Assembly (NCBI GenBank): GCA_964515055.1
Contig: CAZEUG010000002.1
Location: forward strand, 38,032-102,031
Length of the DNA: 64,000 nt
Direction: 5' to 3'
Origin: an uncultured Oscillospiraceae bacterium
Lineage (GTDB): Bacteria > Bacillota > Clostridia > Oscillospirales > QAMX01
A program made the position numbers and the translations under genes. This document shows positions 42,688 through 52,675 of this stretch, one piece after another; the stretch's first letter is position 1, and the number at the start of each line of letters is the position of its first letter. Under the pieces are notes generated by a model, which did not search any database, was not told the origin of the DNA, and saw only the letters and a list, made by a program, of their open reading frames with translations.

Positions 42688-43818
42688 TCAGTTTAGAAAA
42701 TCCTTCAGGCGTTTGGAACGGCTCGGATGGCGGAGCTTGCGGAGTGCCTTCGCCTCAATCTGGCGGATGCGTTCCCGCGTGACATTGAACTCCTTGCCCA
42801 CCTCTTCCAGGGTGCGGGAGCGGCCATCCTCCAGGCCGAAGCGAAGCTTCAGCACCATTTCCTCCCGCGGGGTCAGCGTTTTCAGAACGCCCATCAGCTG
42901 TTCCTTCAGCAGCAGGAAGCTCGCCGCTTCCGCCGGTTCCGGCACATCGTCATCCGGGATGAAGTCGCCCAGGTGGCTGTCTTCCTCTTCGCCGATCGGC
43001 GTTTCGAGAGAGACAGGATCCTGCGCAATCTTCATGATTTCGCGGACCTTGTCGATGTTCATGTTCATTTCTTCGGCAATTTCTTCCGGCTGCGGGTCAT
43101 GTCCGAGCTCCTGCAGCAGCTGGCGGGAAACGCGGGTGACCTTGTTGATGGTTTCGACCATATGTACCGGGATGCGGATGGTTCTGGCCTGATCGGCAAT
43201 GGCGCGGGTAATGGCCTGACGAATCCACCAGGTGGCATAGGTTGAAAATTTATAGCCCTTTGTATAGTCGAATTTTTCGACGGCTTTGATCAGGCCGAGG
43301 TTGCCTTCCTGAATCAGATCCAGAAAATGCATATTGCGACCCATGTAACGCTTTGCAATACTGACGACCAGTCGGAGGTTCGCCTCCACCAGCCGCTGCT
43401 TGGCGGCGACGTCACCTGCGGCCATCCGGTGCGCCAGTTCCGTCTCCTCATCGCTGGACAGAAGATCGACCTTGCCGATTTCCTTCAGGTACATCCGGAC
43501 GTGGTCGTCCACAGCCAGGTTTTCCATCAGGGATGCATCGCTCAAATCCTCCGGCGGGATTTCCTCCAGGCTGTCCAGATCCATATCCTCATCGGAAATC
43601 AGGTCGTCATCCGCCTGATTGACGTAATCCACCTGGATTTCTATGCCCATATTTTCGAGGCCGTCAATGAATTTGTCGATCTGCTCGCCGTCCAGGTTCA
43701 AATCCTTCAGCGTTTCGGAAACCTCCTTGTAGTTCAGCTTCCCGCGTTTTTTCCCCTGTTCGATAATATCGTGCAGAACGTTCATTTTTCCTTCGTTTTC
43801 CACTGCGTTATCCTCCAT
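42688..43818 (-). CDS. rpoD: Primary RNA polymerase sigma factor (sigma-70/SigA)
   Basis: [27 protein letters not shown] (region 2.4/3.0) and region 4.2 [20 protein letters not shown]. Confidence 0.95.
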   Translation of the reverse strand: MEDNAVENEGKMNVLHDIIEQGKKRGKLNYKEVSETLKDLNLDGEQIDKFIDGLENMGIEIQVDYVNQADDDLISDEDMDLDSLEEIPPEDLSDASLMENLAVDDHVRMYLKEIGKVDLLSSDEETELAHRMAAGDVAAKQRLVEANLRLVVSIAKRYMGRNMHFLDLIQEGNLGLIKAVEKFDYTKGYKFSTYATWWIRQAITRAIADQARTIRIPVHMVETINKVTRVSRQLLQELGHDPQPEEIAEEMNMNIDKVREIMKIAQDPVSLETPIGEEEDSHLGDFIPDDDVPEPAEAASFLLLKEQLMGVLKTLTPREEMVLKLRFGLEDGRSRTLEEVGKEFNVTRERIRQIEAKALRKLRHPSRSKRLKDFLN

Positions 43819-45574
43819 CCCGCTGTTTGTTCTTCATCTTTACCATGCGTTCCAGCATATCCTGCTGATCTTCGCCGTCCGCCATGAGGCGGCGGCGCGA
43901 CAGCGCTGCGCACAAATCCTCCAGCTCCCGCTCCGGGTTGATGTGCGGCCGTTTGGCCGCAAGAATCCGGCTCAGCAGGCGAACCGTACCATCATCGGCT
44001 TCGCCACTGATGCGGTTGAGGTGGAATGACGCATCCGTCCGGATTTTCTGCACCAGCAGTTCAAAAATCCGTGCCAGCTCCGCCGATGTAAAATCCTCCG
44101 GCTGAAGCCGGGCAGCGGCGCGTTCGGCCAGCGCCGGGCGCTCCGCAATCAATGCAATCAGGTCTTCCTCAGCGCGGGCCGAGGCCGGATTTTCATAGTG
44201 GACGCCCATCTCCCTCGGCGGCTGAATGCGCTGCTCCACGCTGACATCGGCCGCGTGCTGTTTTTTCTGTTCGGTGCGGACGCGCTTTTTGCGAATCGCC
44301 GCAATTTCGGCCAGCACGGCATCGCGGCTGACACCGGCCGCCTCCGCCACGCGCCCGGCATAGACTTCCGTTTCGATTTTGGAGCCCAGCTCTGCCAGCA
44401 GCTGTGCCGCGCTGCGGATATAGCGGATGCGTTCCTCGTCATTTTGCAGATCGACGCCCGTTTTCAGGGCAGCCAGGCGGTAATCCATCTGCTCCTCGCT
44501 GCGCTCCAGCACCCGTGCAAACGCTTCCGCGCCGTTGGTGCGGATGAATTCATCCGGGTCTTTTCCTCCCGGAACGCGCAGAATCCGGACGGTTTTCTCC
44601 GTCACCTGTGACAGAACCTTCACCGCCCGCTCCGTCGCCGCAGTTCCGGCGGCGTCCGTGTCGTAGGCGATGATGATCTGATCGGCGGCCTTGGCCAGCA
44701 TCCGTGCCTGCTCCTCCGTCAATGCGGTACCCAACGAAGCAACGGCGAAGCCAAAGCCGGCCTGATGCAGTGAAACGACGTCCATATAGCCCTCAACCAG
44801 CAGAATCCGGTGATCGCCGGATTTTTTGGCGAGCTGATAGGCATACAGGTTATTTTTCTTGGAGAATACGGGCGTATTACCTGTATTCAGGTATTTTTGT
44901 CCCTTGACATCGGCAGCCAGCACACGGCCGCCGAAGCCCACCACGTTCCCGCGGACGTCAATGATCGGGAACATGAGCCGGTGTCGGAATGTATCATAAA
45001 TGCTGCGTTCGCCCTTTTTGGCCAGTCCGGCCTCCACTAACTCATAGTCGGCGAAGCCCTTGCCCTTGAGGTAGCGCGTCAGTGCGTCCCAGGAATCAGG
45101 GGCATAGCCGATACCAAACCGGCGAATCGTCGCCGCAGTCAGGCCGCGGCGGCGCACATAGGCCAGCGCCTCCTCCGAGGTTTTGTCCGCCAGCCGGTCA
45201 TGGAAAAACCGGGCAGCCAGGCGGTTTGCCTCCAGTGTGCGTTTGCGGAGGTCGGCCAGCCGGTCATTTTCGCCCTGCGGCATTTCCATATGGTACATTT
45301 CGGCAAGGAACGCCACGGCCTCCGGAAATTCGAGCCGTTCGACCTCCATGATGAACTGGATAACGCCGCCGCCCTTTCCGCAGCCGAAGCAATAGTACAG
45401 ACCCTTGTCATCATCCACCGTAAAGGAAGCGGTTTTCTCCCCATGGAACGGGCAGAGTCCCCAGAGGCGGCCACCGCGATTGGTCAGCTGGGTATAGCGG
45501 GAAACGACCTGTGCCAGATCGGCACGCGCCGTCAGCTCATCCAGAAATTCCGGGGGAATTCGCGCCATGTCCAT
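43808..45574 (-). CDS. dnaG: DNA primase
   Basis: Zinc finger [11 protein letters not shown]...CFGCGKGG and [14 protein letters not shown]. Overlaps the rpoD start. Confidence 0.93.
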   Translation of the reverse strand: MDMARIPPEFLDELTARADLAQVVSRYTQLTNRGGRLWGLCPFHGEKTASFTVDDDKGLYYCFGCGKGGGVIQFIMEVERLEFPEAVAFLAEMYHMEMPQGENDRLADLRKRTLEANRLAARFFHDRLADKTSEEALAYVRRRGLTAATIRRFGIGYAPDSWDALTRYLKGKGFADYELVEAGLAKKGERSIYDTFRHRLMFPIIDVRGNVVGFGGRVLAADVKGQKYLNTGNTPVFSKKNNLYAYQLAKKSGDHRILLVEGYMDVVSLHQAGFGFAVASLGTALTEEQARMLAKAADQIIIAYDTDAAGTAATERAVKVLSQVTEKTVRILRVPGGKDPDEFIRTNGAEAFARVLERSEEQMDYRLAALKTGVDLQNDEERIRYIRSAAQLLAELGSKIETEVYAGRVAEAAGVSRDAVLAEIAAIRKKRVRTEQKKQHAADVSVEQRIQPPREMGVHYENPASARAEEDLIALIAERPALAERAAARLQPEDFTSAELARIFELLVQKIRTDASFHLNRISGEADDGTVRLLSRILAAKRPHINPERELEDLCAALSRRRLMADGEDQQDMLERMVKMKNKQRDGG

Positions 45575-45610
45575 CGCCTCCTTTTCCGAGTTCGGGCACT
45601 GCTGCGGCGT

Positions 45611-46354
45611 TTACAGGATGGCCTCCGTGCCGTCCAGTGCGATGACAACCGGGATATCCAACTTCTTCGCCAGCGCCTGAATCAGCGGGACGCCGCTGCG
45701 GCCATATTGGATGCCGTAATGATTGAAGATGATTTTTTCCGCGCCGGAGTCCTTGAGAATCGGCTCATACAGCGCCGCATCGAAATGCGCCGTTTCGCAG
45801 ACGACAATCTGCGGGCGCTCAGCCAGCAGCGGTAGCGGGAAATCGACGTCCGGGCTGCGCAGATCCCCGGTAAACAGGATTTTCCTGCCGGTTGCCACTT
45901 CTTCGAGCAGGAACGCATAGGAAATATCGCAGTGCTGTGTCCGGCAGGCCGTCACGCGGAGAACTCCGTCATCGAAAATAACGCCGGGCTGAATCACGCG
46001 GAAATCCATCGGGCGAAGTGTCGCATTCAGTGTGGAAAACCAGCCATTCAGCGCCTGAATGCCCCGTTCATGCGGGAAAAAGACGGCAGCATCGACCGTC
46101 CGGAAATACCAGTTGGCCAGATCGACAAAGCTGAGCAGGCCGTCAATGTGGTCGCCGTGGAGATGCGTCAGGAAGATGCCCTTGACGGAATCCGGTGCCA
46201 TGTCGCGTGTGATCAGTTCGTCAATCGCCTGCATACCCATATCGACAAAATAGCGGTTCGTTCCGCATTCGACGAGTGCGCAGGAGCAGTGCCGGTGCTT
46301 TTCCGGCACACCGTGGCTTGTCCCTAAAAAAATCAGTCTCATGATCTGTTTCAC
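45611..46354 (-). CDS. MBL-fold metallo-hydrolase (RNase Z-like)
   Basis: HLHGDHIDG metallo-beta-lactamase motif. Confidence 0.8.
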   Translation of the reverse strand: MKQIMRLIFLGTSHGVPEKHRHCSCALVECGTNRYFVDMGMQAIDELITRDMAPDSVKGIFLTHLHGDHIDGLLSFVDLANWYFRTVDAAVFFPHERGIQALNGWFSTLNATLRPMDFRVIQPGVIFDDGVLRVTACRTQHCDISYAFLLEEVATGRKILFTGDLRSPDVDFPLPLLAERPQIVVCETAHFDAALYEPILKDSGAEKIIFNHYGIQYGRSGVPLIQALAKKLDIPVVIALDGTEAIL

Positions 46355-46385
46355 GCTTCCTTTCTGTTTGGAGCTGTGTTGTTTT

Positions 46386-47540
46386 TTAGAAAATATGCCA
46401 GTTTTTTGGGATATAGATCTCTTTGAAAATTTCGACAGCGTAGCGATCCGTCATGCTGGAAAGATAGTCGCACAGGACACGCGGAATGCTCTCCTGCGCC
46501 AGCATGGCCAGGTACATGGGCGGCAGCTCCTCGAGCCGCCGTTCAAAATACCGGTACAGCTCTTCGAGAATCAGCCGCGCCTTGGACTCCTCGCTTTTGG
46601 CGGTCGGGTTCTGGTAGACATGGGCAAACAGAAAATCGCGCAGCCCATCCGTCGCTGCGCCGACACCGGGCGACATGGCAATGACAAAGCCCTGCGCCGT
46701 CAGCCCGCTGTTTTGGATGGCGTCTACGACCATCGTATTGATCCGATCGTGCGTTGTGCGGCCGAGTATGTCGCCAAACGCGGACGGGATATCAGATTCG
46801 TGCAGGACACCGGCGCGGACGGCGTCATCGATGTCGTGATTGATGTACGCAACGCGATCCGACATGGCGACAATGCGCCCTTCAAAGGTATCGGCGCGTT
46901 TGGGGCCGGTATGGCAGAGAATCCCATCGCGAACCTCTGCAGTCAGATTCAGGCCGCGGCCGTTGTTTTCCAGCACATCCACAACGCGGAGGCTGTTTTC
47001 ATTGTGCTTGAAGGAGATTCCGGCGATTTCCGCCAGGGCGCGTTCGCCCGCATGGCCAAACGGGGTGTGACCCAGATCGTGTCCCAGGGCGATGGCCTCC
47101 GTCAGGTCTTCATTCAGGCAAAGGGCGCGCGCAATGGTGCGGGCAATCTGCGAAACCTCGAGCGTATGCGTCAGGCGGGTTCGGTAATGGTCGCCGTCCG
47201 GCGACAGGAACACCTGCGTTTTATGCTTGAGGCGGCGAAACGACTTCGCGTGCAGAATTCTGTCCCGGTCGCGCTGGAAGCAGGTGCGGACAGGGCATGG
47301 CGGTTCCTCCCGGAGACGCCCGGCAGAGTCCCCTGCAAATGCAGCCGACGCACAGAGCGACTCCCGCTCCCGCCGTTCATTCTGCAGACGAATGCGATGT
47401 GTTTCAGCAGTTTGCGCGTCCATGTGATCACCGTCCATCCGTTGTCCGTTTCGGTTCCTGTCGTCCTCGGCAAAGCACTCCATGGATACAATCCGCATTT
47501 CGCGCGGAAAACCCTCTTTTTGCGAGAGCGCTTTCGTCAT
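46386..47540 (-). CDS. dgt: dGTPase-like HD-domain triphosphohydrolase
   Basis: FQRDRDRILHAKSFRRLKHKTQVF and GHDLGHTPFGHAGE. N-terminal start uncertain. Confidence 0.85.
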   Translation of the reverse strand: MTKALSQKEGFPREMRIVSMECFAEDDRNRNGQRMDGDHMDAQTAETHRIRLQNERRERESLCASAAFAGDSAGRLREEPPCPVRTCFQRDRDRILHAKSFRRLKHKTQVFLSPDGDHYRTRLTHTLEVSQIARTIARALCLNEDLTEAIALGHDLGHTPFGHAGERALAEIAGISFKHNENSLRVVDVLENNGRGLNLTAEVRDGILCHTGPKRADTFEGRIVAMSDRVAYINHDIDDAVRAGVLHESDIPSAFGDILGRTTHDRINTMVVDAIQNSGLTAQGFVIAMSPGVGAATDGLRDFLFAHVYQNPTAKSEESKARLILEELYRYFERRLEELPPMYLAMLAQESIPRVLCDYLSSMTDRYAVEIFKEIYIPKNWHIF

Positions 47541-47600
47541 TTTCGGCTCATCGTCCGATTGAAAGGGCGATTTTTCAGGTTTCTTTGTGGATTTTGCCGT

Positions 47601-48536
47601 TTATTGCAGACCCATTGCCGCGTTCAGGCGTTCTGACAGCTCATGCGCGGCGTTGTAGCCCATGCGTTTATTGCGGTCATTCATGGCGGCGACCTCGATG
47701 ATAATGGCCAGGTTGCGCCCCGGGCGCACCGGCACCGTCAGGGACGGCACATCGATGCCCAAAATGTTCGTGTATTCCGTATCCTCGCCCAGGCGGTCAT
47801 AGATTTTGCCCTCTTTCCAGGGTTCCAGATGAATCACCAGATCCACCTTTTCCGTCATTTTGACGGCAGCCATACCGAACAGGCGCTTGACGTCAATGAT
47901 GCCGATGCCGCGCAGCTCGACAAAATGGCGAATGATTTCCGGCGCGCTGCCAACCAGCGTTTTCGACGAGACGCGTTTGATCTCAACGGCATCGTCGGCG
48001 ATCAGGCGGTGGCCGCGCTTCACGAGCTCGATGGCCGTTTCGCTCTTGCCGACGCCGCTGTCGCCCATGAGCAGGATGCCCTCGCCGTACACCTCAATCA
48101 GCACGCCGTGCCGGGTGATGCGCGGAGCCAGGTGGATTTTCAGCGAAGCGATCAGCGCGCTCAGCGTGGTGGAGGAGTCTTCCTTTGTCCGCAGAATCGT
48201 CACGCCGTACTCCTTCGCCAGCTCCAGACATTCAGGATACGGTTCAATGTTGCGCGTAATGATCAGCGCGGGAATGTTCATTTTGAAGAGCTTTTCCAGA
48301 GAGGAACGGCGGCGCTCCGGCGTAAACCGGCTCAGGAAGGTCGTTTCGACCTTGCCGATCATCTGGAGACGTTCATTGTCGAAGAAATCATAAAACCCGG
48401 CCAGCTGAAGTCCGCAGCGGTTGACATCGTCCGAATAGACCAGAATATCCCGATAGCCCTCCGGTGCCGTTTCAACTGTAAAGGCCAGCTCATCAATCAG
48501 CGTTCCGAGTGCCACACTGTATCGGACACTATCCAT
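47601..48536 (-). CDS. hprK: HPr kinase/phosphorylase
   Basis: GDSGVGKSETAIELVKRGHRLIADDAVE P-loop/signature. Start re-picked at MDSVRYS after GGAGAGGAG. Confidence 0.92.
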   Translation of the reverse strand: MDSVRYSVALGTLIDELAFTVETAPEGYRDILVYSDDVNRCGLQLAGFYDFFDNERLQMIGKVETTFLSRFTPERRRSSLEKLFKMNIPALIITRNIEPYPECLELAKEYGVTILRTKEDSSTTLSALIASLKIHLAPRITRHGVLIEVYGEGILLMGDSGVGKSETAIELVKRGHRLIADDAVEIKRVSSKTLVGSAPEIIRHFVELRGIGIIDVKRLFGMAAVKMTEKVDLVIHLEPWKEGKIYDRLGEDTEYTNILGIDVPSLTVPVRPGRNLAIIIEVAAMNDRNKRMGYNAAHELSERLNAAMGLQ

Positions 48537-48615
48537 TTTGGAACATCTCCTCTCCGTTGTGAACCGGTGCATTTCCGTCGCGAAAAGCATCCGGTTCCAA
48601 TTCTCATCCATTCTT

Positions 48616-48645
48616 ATTATACCATATCTGAGCCCTTTCCTGCAA
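48616..48645 (-). promoter_or_regulatory. Putative hprK promoter
   Basis: Minus strand TTGCAG-18 nt-TATAAT. Confidence 0.4.
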
Positions 48646-48724
48646 GTCTGTGCCGTTCGGAAAGGACTGATTTCTTTCTTCGAAGCATCCGGCAATGCTT
48701 TTCCCGTTTCCGGTCAAATTCCGT

Positions 48725-48753
48725 TTGACAGGGAAATCGATATCTGTTATACT
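48725..48753 (+). promoter_or_regulatory. Putative promoter of the nucleotidyltransferase-fold gene
   Basis: TTGACA-17 nt-(TGt)TATACT, 67 nt upstream of the ATG at 48820. Confidence 0.5.
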
Positions 48754-48819
48754 GAAAGTGTCAGCCATTCGAATTGACTGTAGATTTCGAATATTTCCTG
48801 CGGAAGGAGTGCATTGGTC

Positions 48820-50508
48820 ATGTCATCTGTGACCGATCGATTGATTCAGTTTCTTCAGCTGCACGCACCTGCCGAATCCGCCCCGGAGTTGGATCCCGCC
48901 TCTTTCCTGTCCGCACACCGTGTTCCCCTGCCGATCACCGTGGGGCATGAAGATCCGGGACAGAAAATTCAGCGGTTCACGCAGCGGCACATCCAGACAA
49001 AGCTGCTCCGTGCCATGCAGGAGTTGCTCACGTGTTTTCAATCGCATGGCATCGGTGTTCTGTTTCTGAAAGGGCCGTTGCTGGGATTGGAGCTGTATGG
49101 CGAAACCGGAATCCGTCCGACGTCCGATCTGGATCTGTTTGTTGCGGATGCTCAGGTTGCCGATGCATTGGACGCGTTGACGCAACTTGGCTATACCCGA
49201 ACAAACGGCACACCCTATTCCGGGAAAGACCGTGTTTACGAACTGAACCGTGGCGATATGCGTCTGAAAATGATGGGGCGGCATCTGACTGCCGTCCGAT
49301 CTTCCGGAAACTGGACGATCACGGTGGAATTGCACGCCACGCTGTTCCGGCACTATACTGCCATTTCACCGGCCTCTTTGGAATCGCAGGCAAACCGGAT
49401 CTTTTCTGACAGCCGCAGCATATCCTGTCAGGGAATTGACTACCCCGTTCCGGGCGTTTTGGATTCGTTCCTGATGCTCTGCACGCACTTTGCACGGCAC
49501 ACGGTGGAGGCATTGACCGCATTCTGTGCCAGAAAACAGCGGCCGCGTTTTCCGCTGCATCAGTTGCATGATCTCGCACTCTTTTTTGAGCACTGGTCGG
49601 ATGCGCTGTCGGCTTCCGACCTTTGGGCGCGTGCCCTGGTGTTCGGCAGTCAGGCCGATCTGGCCTTTGCCTGCCGGTATTTGCATGAAATATATGGAAT
49701 CGACCTTTGGCGATCGATTGCGCCATATCTTTCCGACAAACCGGATGACGATTTTGAAAATGATATCGTATGGAGCATTCTGCGGCAGCTTTCCGCTGCA
49801 GAGCTGCTGTTTTGTGCGCCGTCAGACAATCTCGCCCGTTTGCAATCCGTTGTTCCTGTCCGCCGCTGTTATGAACTCCGGAATGTGCGCGAGCTTTCTG
49901 CCGTTCCGGCCGACTATGAAGTCCGGGAGGTCTTTGATGATCTGTCCCGGCCACCTCTGCGGGAGCCCTATTCCTTCCGTTGGGGCGCTGCGTGTTCCGA
50001 TGAACAGCTCATGTTCTGCGTGGAAATTCCAACAGACCGTGTTGTCTTTCTGGGGGGATGCCAGAAAAATCTTCGTCGAAACTGTACCCGCTCCGACTGT
50101 CCGAAAGACTGTGCCGCACAGCACGGCGCCAATACGTTGATTCGTTTGCTGCTGCCCGGGACACATTGTCCGACCGAGGCCGGCAGCTGCATGAATCTGT
50201 ATGAAATCAGCATGATACAGACCGCAGACGGTCTCCGGCTCACAGCCGACCGAAACGGCCATCCGTTCGCCCTGTCCGGAGCTTCCGTTACAGAGAAAGA
50301 CGGCTTTTGGCAATTGCGGTTTCTGTTGCCGATCCCGGATTCCGGTGTTTCCAACGCCCTGCCTTTTATGATTTCCCGTGAAATTCTGCTTCCATTTCCG
50401 CACCGTCCGGAGCAAGCCATCGCCTTTAGTGTGCGCTGGCTGAACAGTGTTGCGGTTTCGCATCAGACCTGTCTGAGTTGCGGCCTGCTGCGAAAATCCC
50501 GCCTGTAA
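48820..50508 (+). CDS. Nucleotidyltransferase-fold protein (uncharacterised NTP_transf_5/PF14907-like) with ~250-aa C-terminal extension
   Basis: FLKGPLLGLELYGETGIRPTSDLDLFV matches the K-G...Y...R..D.D..V signature of that family as I remember it. ATG 10 nt after GGAAGGAG. Confidence 0.65.
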   Translation: MSSVTDRLIQFLQLHAPAESAPELDPASFLSAHRVPLPITVGHEDPGQKIQRFTQRHIQTKLLRAMQELLTCFQSHGIGVLFLKGPLLGLELYGETGIRPTSDLDLFVADAQVADALDALTQLGYTRTNGTPYSGKDRVYELNRGDMRLKMMGRHLTAVRSSGNWTITVELHATLFRHYTAISPASLESQANRIFSDSRSISCQGIDYPVPGVLDSFLMLCTHFARHTVEALTAFCARKQRPRFPLHQLHDLALFFEHWSDALSASDLWARALVFGSQADLAFACRYLHEIYGIDLWRSIAPYLSDKPDDDFENDIVWSILRQLSAAELLFCAPSDNLARLQSVVPVRRCYELRNVRELSAVPADYEVREVFDDLSRPPLREPYSFRWGAACSDEQLMFCVEIPTDRVVFLGGCQKNLRRNCTRSDCPKDCAAQHGANTLIRLLLPGTHCPTEAGSCMNLYEISMIQTADGLRLTADRNGHPFALSGASVTEKDGFWQLRFLLPIPDSGVSNALPFMISREILLPFPHRPEQAIAFSVRWLNSVAVSHQTCLSCGLLRKSRL

Positions 50509-50577
50509 GGCTTTTGCCGTACACCGCGCCCACCGAGTCGTAAAACGAAATCGGTGCATTTATGATTTTCCAGCCTT

Positions 50578-50820
50578 CGCACAAAACAGTTGTCAGGCAA
50601 AGAAAGCGTATGGAAATTGAAATGTTTTCACAGCCTTGGTGTTGGTATGGTGGTGTATTTGTGAAAGCGCAGACTGAGCCTGTTTCAGGTGATGTCTGCG
50701 CTTTTTTGGCCATTGTCAGGAGAAATCAAAAAACGACCGTATCATTCGTCAGCGAATTATTGATAAGAGGATGGTTGAATCATGGGAACGGAATGGAAAA
50801 AGAGTCGGTATGCATTCTTT
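50578..50820 (+). repeat. Direct repeat copy 1 (243 bp)
   Basis: Identical to 50929-51171 except G/C at 50592/50943. Contains a terminator hairpin, an RBS and the first 13 codons of the rSAM gene. Confidence 0.95.
50664..50707 (+). terminator. Intrinsic terminator (in repeat copy 1; likely ends the nucleotidyltransferase transcript)
   Basis: AAAGCGCAGAC...(inner CCTG/CAGG)...GTCTGCGCTTTTTT. Confidence 0.65.
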
Positions 50821-50862
50821 TGTCTTTTCTATTTTTTTGTAAAGTGCTTGACAGGTGAATAA
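50782..50862 (+). pseudogene. Duplicated 5' stub of the rSAM gene (13 native codons, then 13 unrelated codons and TAA)
   Basis: ATGGGAACGGAATGGAAAAAGAGTCGGTATGCATTCTTT is identical to 51133-51171; the reading frame then diverges (MGTEWKKSRYAFF-CLFYFFVKCLTGE*). Confidence 0.6.
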
Positions 50863-50876
50863 AGAAGTGATATAAT
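50848..50876 (+). promoter_or_regulatory. Consensus sigma-A promoter in the 108-bp segment between the repeat copies
   Basis: TTGACA-17 nt-(TGa)TATAAT: perfect -35, optimal spacer, extended -10 and perfect -10. Confidence 0.65.
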
Positions 50877-50928
50877 GTTAACAGTTAAAGAATCCAATGA
50901 GTTTCATCAGCAATCAACCGCATAAATC

Positions 50929-51171
50929 CGCACAAAACAGTTCTCAGGCAAAGAAAGCGTATGGAAATTGAAATGTTTTCACAGCCTTGGTGTTGGTATG
51001 GTGGTGTATTTGTGAAAGCGCAGACTGAGCCTGTTTCAGGTGATGTCTGCGCTTTTTTGGCCATTGTCAGGAGAAATCAAAAAACGACCGTATCATTCGT
51101 CAGCGAATTATTGATAAGAGGATGGTTGAATCATGGGAACGGAATGGAAAAAGAGTCGGTATGCATTCTTT
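50929..51171 (+). repeat. Direct repeat copy 2 (243 bp; leader and start of the rSAM gene)
   Basis: See copy 1; the offset between copies is exactly 351 bp. Confidence 0.95.
51015..51058 (+). terminator. Terminator hairpin inside the rSAM 5' leader (candidate attenuator)
   Basis: Same hairpin + T6 as 50664-50707, lying between the consensus promoter (50848-50876) and the rSAM ATG (51133). Confidence 0.55.
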
Positions 51172-52455
51172 ATTGAGCAGGAAAATGGTGCAATGATCAT
51201 TTATCATTCGACCACAGGTTTTATCTTACAATGTACAGAACCGGAATACATTGAAAAGGCACAAAAGATCGCCAATCAGTCCGCTTTTGAAATGGATGAA
51301 GGAAATGATTTAATGTGTTTGCTGCGAGACAAAGGTGTCCTTTTGGAAAACGATTTTGACGAAGATGCTCAAATTCGGCAATTGTACGATCGGGTCGTTA
51401 TGCACAGAAATCAACTTTCTCTGACGTTAATCGTAACGAGGCAGTGTAATTTTCGTTGCGTTTACTGCGGTCAGAAACACGAGAGCAACAAGCGTATGTC
51501 TCGTGAGATCTATGATAGAGTCCTATTGATGATTGAAAAAACATGCCATGATAAAAAGATAGACAGTGTTTCCATTTCTTTTTTTGGCGGAGAACCGCTT
51601 TTGGAATGTGAAGGAATTCTATATTTTCTGGAGAAATTACAGGGATTATCAAAAAAGACCGGAATTCCCTATTATGCAGGAATGACCACAAATGCATATT
51701 TACTGACAAAAAATAATTTCGAGCGTTTGGCACAGTTGAATTGTTTGGATTATCAAATAACATTGGATGGTATGGATGAGACTCATGACAAAAAAAGATA
51801 TCTCATCGGAAAAAGGAAAACATGGAAAACCATCGTAGATAATCTGCTCTATATCAAGTCAACAGATTATCCTTTCAAAATCATTTTGAGGACAAATTTT
51901 GATACAGAAGTCTTGCAATCAGTAGATTCATATTTGAATTTCGTGTCAGAAAATCTGAATGACGATCGTATCCTGATGTATCACGAAACCATTAAGGACC
52001 ACGGGAATCCCGAACAAAACGAATACATGTCGCAGTCTGAAGCGATTTTAAGCAACGTCGAAATTTCTCGTCTTTTGAAAGAGAAGGGTTTGAAATCTTC
52101 ACTTGTTTTTTCTTCAACAACGCCTGCCTGTTCGATGTGTCGAGCAGGAATTCCTGATTTTTATGTAATCGATTACGATGGAAGTATCAAAAGATGTACA
52201 CACCGATTGGATACTGAACCAAACTACCTGGGCAATCTGTCAGATGATGGTTCCATGATCATTGACCCTTCTCTGGATGCAAAATGGATTTATCGGGACT
52301 ATTTGTCCGATGATGAATGTAAAGAGTGCAAATTACTTCCTCTGTGTTTTGGAAAACAGTGTCCTGTTGCGCGGGTTGATCCCCAATTGGAGTTCGATTG
52401 TAACAAAGATTTGCGTGCTCTGGAACTGGAGGAAATCCTGCGCGTTCATTTATAG
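51133..52455 (+). CDS. Radical SAM/SPASM peptide maturase with N-terminal RRE-like domain
   Basis: CNFRCVYC (CX3CX2C). C-terminal CRAG-x10-DG-SIKR-C then CKECKLLPLCFGKQC ... DC gives the SPASM Cys pattern. About 95 aa precede the rSAM core. Confidence 0.9.
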   Translation: MGTEWKKSRYAFFIEQENGAMIIYHSTTGFILQCTEPEYIEKAQKIANQSAFEMDEGNDLMCLLRDKGVLLENDFDEDAQIRQLYDRVVMHRNQLSLTLIVTRQCNFRCVYCGQKHESNKRMSREIYDRVLLMIEKTCHDKKIDSVSISFFGGEPLLECEGILYFLEKLQGLSKKTGIPYYAGMTTNAYLLTKNNFERLAQLNCLDYQITLDGMDETHDKKRYLIGKRKTWKTIVDNLLYIKSTDYPFKIILRTNFDTEVLQSVDSYLNFVSENLNDDRILMYHETIKDHGNPEQNEYMSQSEAILSNVEISRLLKEKGLKSSLVFSSTTPACSMCRAGIPDFYVIDYDGSIKRCTHRLDTEPNYLGNLSDDGSMIIDPSLDAKWIYRDYLSDDECKECKLLPLCFGKQCPVARVDPQLEFDCNKDLRALELEEILRVHL

Positions 52456-52495
52456 AGGGACAGGATTACAATTCAGGAAGAAAGGAGGATCAAGT

Positions 52496-52663
52496 ATGCA
52501 TGTGGTTCAAGATGCGGCAACCCCCGCAATGATTGCACGGAGAGTGCAAAGCAATGGTTGTGATTGCAATTGTAAGTGTCATGGTGGTACCGGCAGCTCC
52601 GGGGGAAGTAATTGCAACTGTCGTTGCAGCCAACCGTCTAAATCCAATAAGGTTGTGGATTGA
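52496..52663 (+). CDS. Cys-rich RiPP precursor candidate A1 (55 aa)
   Basis: AGGAGG 7 nt upstream of the ATG. MHVVQDAATPAMIARRVQSNGCDCNCKCHGGTGSSGGSNCNCRCSQPSKSNKVVD. It is hidden in the 3' end of tracked ORF 52262-52663. Confidence 0.75.
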   Translation: MHVVQDAATPAMIARRVQSNGCDCNCKCHGGTGSSGGSNCNCRCSQPSKSNKVVD

Positions 52664-52675
52664 AAGGAGGGACAA

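Noticed and set aside
50562-51176. Two Trp-rich small ORFs (98 aa and 71 aa, MEIEMFSQPWCWYGG...) as duplicated protein genes or extra precursors
   Set aside because: Their identity simply reflects the 243-bp DNA duplication. They read through an intrinsic terminator hairpin and the rSAM RBS/start, lack a Shine-Dalgarno, and have no similarity to A1/A2.
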